Source: Phoronis australis
Lineage: Eukaryota > Animalia > Phoronida
Direction of reading: 5' to 3'
DNA: 37,065 nucleotides
NCBI GenBank assembly: GCA_002633005.1
Contig: NMRA01000005.1
Location: 1 to 37,065, forward strand
Positions 35,601 through 37,065 of this stretch are shown here, one piece after another. The position numbers were made by a program, and so were the translations under genes. The notes under the pieces were generated by a model, which worked only from the letters and a program-made list of their open reading frames with translations, was not told the origin of the DNA and did no database searches. Numbering within the stretch: position 1 is the stretch's first letter; each line of letters begins with the position of its first letter.

Positions 35601-36049
35601 TATCAAGTAGTCTTCATTAATTCTCTTGGTTTCGTTTTGTCTTCTGATTCTGTTATTACATGTCACTTAGCCTCTGAGTTAATGCCTGAACCGCAAACCC
35701 TTTCTCTTAAAGCTTTAAAGGATGTCCTTCATTTTGAAGACATCATGTTTATGTGCTTAGTGTTAAGGTGGCCAATTCTGATGCGTGTTTTGTTTCATCT
35801 TAAATACTTTCATGGTCCACTCCTGATACAGGTTGGCTGCAGTTCAATTAGTTTGTTGTCAGCAGCTACTAGTGGTGCTTTGATCTCATTACATAGACTA
35901 ACCACATTGTCTGTTCTTTTGTTTACAGTCATCCCCACCCCTGGTGGCAAACATGACAATTCAGCCCACTTGATTGGTGTTTACATTGCCATCCCAGTGC
36001 TGATTGCTGCCTTTGTCATGATTGTGCTAATAGTTCTGTACTATAGAAG
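2603..36049 (+). CDS. SORCS: VPS10P-domain receptor of the SorCS family (SorCS1/2/3-like), partial multi-exon gene: 23 exons traced, 5' end and cytoplasmic tail outside the window
   Basis: Manual splicing at GT-AG sites gives one open frame with matching intron phases. Asp-box/BNR motifs: SSDYGTTF, TTDEGSSF, SMDLAKTW, SFDKGGSW, SRDGGVTW, SCNEGKTW. 10CC segment: ECILG..YERRK..C..G..CPC..DFECDFGY..GYRKVASDKC. Two PKD motifs (WSFGDG..HAY..GLYTVTV; WTFGE..HTY..PGYYTVTV) and a TM helix. PKD domains after 10CC distinguish SorCS from sortilin and SorLA. Confidence 0.93.
2966..4249 (+). mobile_element. HINE-like element, copy B
   Basis: TATGCGCCCACATATTTATATG start, degenerate (CGTC)n tract, internal repeats, GTGGGCACATTTCAACGCTCTGCATTGCTCTTG end; T-rich flanks. 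Confidence 0.78.
4491..4697 (+). pseudogene. Decayed L1/Tx1-clade LINE reverse transcriptase, 5' fragment
   Basis: With frameshifts translates DQTGFLCGRFIGEETRTLY, PGLITIDFE-PFDSLSW and FGFGDIFSKWIKIL, matching non-LTR RT motifs QxGF..GR and IDFEKAFD. Confidence 0.8.
5737..6600 (+). pseudogene. Decayed L1/Tx1-clade LINE ORF2, continuation
   Basis: YVMQNG..GDPIFPYLFILC..GIKEIRVGDCEIKLI*YADDT, then LTVVGKICVIKTLLISKLTHLFLSLPSP and SLKITWIKK; stops, frameshifts and an internal deletion; right end approximate. Confidence 0.82.
7176..7269 (+). CDS. SORCS: SorCS exon 2 (SSDYGTTFKKCVFQETNPIISMFYLTKDKSK)
   Basis: ttccag acceptor, AAG|gtacat donor, Asp-box. Confidence 0.9.
7652..7795. repeat. 47-bp tandem repeat, 3 perfect copies
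   Basis: CATAGCACTGTCTGTACTCTACACAATAGAATGACATGACTTGTGCA starts at 7652, 7699 and 7746. Confidence 0.97.
8291..8446 (+). CDS. SORCS: SorCS exon 3 (IILTDERYRKIYYTTDEGSSF...HPTKSDWLLAHSFQASE)
   Basis: ttgcag acceptor, GAG|gtaata donor, 156 nt, phase 0-0. Confidence 0.92.
9130..9200 (+). CDS. SORCS: SorCS exon 4 (LYFSMDLAKTWTKIHSYVNRAVFW)
   Basis: ttccag acceptor, TG|gtaagc donor; not in the ORF track. Confidence 0.9.
9377..9441 (+). CDS. SORCS: SorCS exon 5 (EIPGIGKDNTTVHMEVRNPST)
   Basis: ttttag acceptor, G|gtatag donor; VHMEV motif; phases 2 and 1 fit the neighbours. Confidence 0.88.
9802..9923 (+). CDS. SORCS: SorCS exon 6 (ENFYKTCC...SLLVQNEYIFVE)
   Basis: tttcag acceptor, GAG|gtttgt donor; SLxVQxEYIF motif. 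Confidence 0.9.
10600..10689 (+). CDS. SORCS: SorCS exon 7 (KTSDLSSKLFVSYRRNSFREAYFPLTLHSQ)
   Basis: ttccag acceptor, CAG|gtaagt donor; VSYRR motif. Confidence 0.9.
11328..11501 (+). CDS. SORCS: SorCS exon 8, copy 1 (DFLIMSTSEHQVFVAV...DVDLHQ)
   Basis: tcctag acceptor, CAA|gtaaat donor, 174 nt; repeated at 13498-13671. Confidence 0.85.
12776..12905 (+). CDS. SORCS: SorCS exon 9, copy 1, cut off by the N gap
   Basis: gtttag acceptor; VKSMPGVFVAN...SFDKGGSWRPIPAP, then Ns from 12906. Confidence 0.7.
12906..13219. other. Assembly gap (314 N)
   Basis: Run of n in the sequence. Confidence 1.
13498..13671 (+). CDS. SORCS: SorCS exon 8, copy 2
   Basis: Matches 11328-11501 with the same splice sites. 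Confidence 0.85.
14913..15080 (+). CDS. SORCS: SorCS exon 9, complete copy (VKSMPG...GTSTNCVL)
   Basis: gtttag acceptor, TTG|gtacgt donor, 168 nt. Confidence 0.92.
15319..15478. repeat. 60-bp tandem repeat, ~2.7 copies
   Basis: ACTCTGAGGAAGGGGTGAGGAGCTGGTGTATGCTTTCAAATGCAGTTCTAGCATTATTGT unit. Confidence 0.95.
15799..15889 (+). CDS. SORCS: SorCS exon 10 (TGCSLQLHLAYSGLPMMVSNEKAPGLVLAH)
   Basis: tttcag acceptor, G|gttagt donor; CSLxLH and APGLV motifs of VPS10 domains. Confidence 0.9.
16693..16776. repeat. Short inverted repeat with 21-bp arms, possible MITE remnant
   Basis: GACATGGGGAAATTCATTTTT and AAAAATGAATTTCCCTGTGTC pair with 2 mismatches. Confidence 0.6.
16876..17139. repeat. 22-bp minisatellite, 12 copies
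   Basis: TTAGCATGGTAACCATGTGTGG with variants in the central GGT positions. Confidence 0.97.
17378..17487. mobile_element. 110-bp palindromic MITE with 8-bp target site duplication
   Basis: GACTTCAG direct repeats at 17370-17377 and 17488-17495; arms GGCAATAGTCA..ATTTTAAGAACCAGTTT and AAACTGGTTCTTAAAAT..TGACTATAGCC. Confidence 0.8.
17750..17838 (+). CDS. SORCS: SorCS exon 11 (GLPGRYL...VYISRDGGVTWAQ)
   Basis: ttgcag acceptor, CAG|gtaaag donor; Asp-box. Confidence 0.92.
18411..18499 (+). CDS. SORCS: SorCS exon 12 (SFTGSYEMNILDQGGAIVAVESLTQANEIR)
   Basis: ttctag acceptor, AG|gtaagg donor; LDQGGxIVA motif. Confidence 0.9.
19265..19375. repeat. Degenerate (CAT/CGT)n trinucleotide tract
   Basis: catcatcatcaccac...cgtcatcatcaccatcatcg. 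Confidence 0.85.
19553..19660 (+). CDS. SORCS: SorCS exon 13 (YSCNEGKTWQKYEF...EPGINTLIS)
   Basis: aaacag acceptor, AG|gtatat donor; Asp-box. Confidence 0.9.
19629..20137 (+). repeat. ~43-48-bp minisatellite, 11 units, derived from the exon 13 end and its 5' splice site
   Basis: AATGAGCCAGGCATTAACACACTCATATCAAG|GTATATACACTAGTC; the first unit overlaps coding sequence. Confidence 0.96.
20365..20476 (+). CDS. SORCS: SorCS exon 14 (AYGHSKNSGWIITKIDFSPVLQTVCSQSDYTFWFPAT)
   Basis: ttctag acceptor, ACT|gtgagt donor; start of the 10CC region. Confidence 0.9.
20952..22452 (+). mobile_element. HINE-like element, copy C (longest; about three higher-order units of ~420-450 bp)
   Basis: 5' hairpin TATGCGCCCACATAT-TT-ATATGTGGGTGCATA, internal repeats, 3' sub-TIR GTGGGCACAT and CAACGC-TCC-GCGTTG stem-loop. 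Confidence 0.8.
23446..23573 (+). CDS. SORCS: SorCS exon 15 (ECILGQNFTYERRKQDSLCKNG...CPCIQDDFE)
   Basis: ttcccaaag acceptor, TG|gtaaga donor; 10CC cysteines. The ORF track shows a different frame here. Confidence 0.9.
23921..24716 (+). mobile_element. HINE-like element, copy D (degenerate, 3'-truncated)
   Basis: GTGCACCCACATATACATATTTGGG start and diverged internal repeats; no 3' terminus seen. Confidence 0.65.
27451..28205 (+). mobile_element. HINE-like element, copy E
   Basis: TATGCACCCACATATTTATATGTGG, clear (CCGT)n microsatellite, one higher-order unit, GTGGGCGCAT and CAACGC-TCT-GCGTTG hairpin; inserted in a T-rich site; single n at 28073. Confidence 0.8.
28797..28912 (+). CDS. SORCS: SorCS exon 16 (DFGYVEGSAGECQQAAWF...CPEGETFNVSK)
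   Basis: ctacag acceptor, G|gtattt donor. Confidence 0.92.
29170..29345 (+). CDS. SORCS: SorCS exon 17 (GYRKVASDKCHGG...CPLQPPNGL...LTQAQ)
   Basis: cttcag acceptor, CAG|gtgggt donor; end of 10CC and start of PKD1. Confidence 0.92.
30092..30275 (+). CDS. SORCS: SorCS exon 18, PKD domain 1
   Basis: tttcag acceptor, G|gtgggt donor; YTWSFGDG...HAYASAGLYTVTVKAVN. Confidence 0.92.
30541..30642. repeat. 34-bp tandem repeat, 3 copies
   Basis: GTTGGAAAAGTGTTAACATTGATGCATCTCTGCT starts at 30541, 30575 and 30609. Confidence 0.95.
31453..31589 (+). CDS. SORCS: SorCS exon 19, first half of PKD domain 2
   Basis: ttgcag acceptor, GAG|gtgagt donor; ends LVWTFGE. Confidence 0.85.
31840..32200 (-). repeat. 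Diverged interspersed repeat, inverted relative to 35075-35425
   Basis: Reverse complement CGTCCAGATTTGACTAACTTTGGAATATCATTACTCAGAACTGAATGATCAAATTCACATGAAACTTT aligns by eye with 35081 onward. Confidence 0.65.
32249..32500 (+). CDS. SORCS: SorCS exon 20, PKD2 and start of the membrane-proximal domain
   Basis: ctgcag acceptor, CAT|gtaggt donor (phase 0 is required by the next exon); PLLTW..VTHTYHSPGYYTVTVEAVN. Confidence 0.88.
34150..34269 (+). CDS. SORCS: SorCS exon 21 (TLSVSRDYLEVSVLPVKP...AAIDK)
   Basis: ctttcag acceptor, AAG|gtttgt donor, 120 nt open. Confidence 0.82.
34737..34833 (+). CDS. SORCS: SorCS exon 22 (LGAYLIDKCDKG...TLVKD)
   Basis: tttcag acceptor, G|gtaaga donor; phase 1 fits the TM exon. 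Confidence 0.8.
35075..35425 (+). repeat. Diverged interspersed repeat, partner of 31840-32200
   Basis: CGTCCAAATTTGGCTAAATTAGGAGTATCGTAACTCGGAAATGGCTGATCTGATTCATATGAAACTTT..AAAAAAATCAAAAGTTG..GTCACATAAC. Confidence 0.65.
35929..36049 (+). CDS. SORCS: SorCS exon 23, transmembrane helix
   Basis: ttacag acceptor, AG|gtaaga donor; LIGVYIAIPVLIAAFVMIVLIVLYY followed by RR stop-transfer residues. Confidence 0.9.
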
Positions 36050-37065
36050 GTAAGAATGCATAACTAGGAGGCAAACTCTACAAATGGCACACAATTATTT
36101 CATCTTGAACATAAGGTTCATATAGGTATCTCAGTTAAATTTATTTTTCCAATAAATAAACTATGCACTACACACCATAAATTAGGATAGGGTCTAATAT
36201 TTAAGAATTTTACAAAAATTTCAGTCTGTTACGCCTCGGTTACTTCCTCCATCTAGTGTTTGGTCACATTCAACTGGTAGATATATTGCCTGCAACATAT
36301 GAATTACATCTTGCTGACTGCAGTCTTTAGCAACAGCGATTTGTCAGGTCCTTGCTAGCTCAGGAGTCACTTCTAAGCTGATCAAGGTAGGAGCTAAAAT
36401 CAATTTTACAGTTTTCAGTGCTCCCATTTCGGGGTATTTCATCTATGGCATTGCTGTTGGTTTTCAACTGCATTGTGAAACAGTTGTGAGCTCATGAACA
36501 TTCAATGAAATCACTGAAAATGTGGAGAGGTGTAAACCTGATTTATTTGTAGCATTTTATATAGCGAGATTTACTTCAGAGTGATCATACCTCCAGAATA
36601 TATACTGTACACACAACATTGTTATAAAAAATCTATGTATTCACTTGATGCAATTTGAGGTTCACTTTCAATTATTCATTTTTGTATGAAGGCTGTTTAT
36701 AGTAGTACTCGAACCAGAAAGCAAGTAAAAGTGAACCCGTGCTTTCAAGTGGCAAGTGATGTTTTCTATCATGTTGTTTACATGTCACCTAGTTGTGTCA
36801 CCAGATGTTTATGACCCGACAACCATCACACATTGCTTTTGGAAAATGGTAGCAGATTTGTAGATGAAATCCCTTAATTGAAATGGTAGTGTCAACACAA
36901 GCGAATGCATTAGGGCTTAAATGTTATTCTTAAAAATCATAAGGGCTGTTCCAGCAAAATCTGTGTGGGAGGGGGGGGGAAGGCAACTGAAATAAAAATT
37001 TATGGGTGGTTGCGTTTGATTTAAATTCAAAATGGCTGGTGGTCGTACTTCAAAAAAATAAAAAT

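Noticed and set aside
36940-37065. Possible transposon start or G-quadruplex at the window end
   Set aside because: Truncated by the window edge; a single G-run is insufficient evidence

Overview
This is AT-rich eukaryotic DNA from an animal, most likely an invertebrate; the species cannot be determined from the sequence. Almost the whole window is the interior of one + strand spliced gene encoding a VPS10P-domain receptor of the SorCS family. I traced 23 GT-AG exons with consistent phases (about 2,825 nt, about 940 codons). They cover the Asp-box beta-propeller, the 10CC cysteine-rich region, two PKD domains, a membrane-proximal region and a transmembrane helix. The 5' exons and the cytoplasmic tail lie outside the window. 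Exons 8-9 appear twice around a 314-N gap, probably an uncollapsed haplotype. The introns hold five same-orientation copies of a Helentron-associated (HINE/DINE-1-like) non-autonomous element whose internal ~150-bp repeats each carry a CTCF-consensus-like motif. They also hold a decayed L1/Tx1-type reverse transcriptase with a nested insertion, small MITEs, and several minisatellites, one of which is an 11-fold amplification of an exon end plus its 5' splice site. Most ORFs in the supplied track are spurious or are exon fragments read through into introns.
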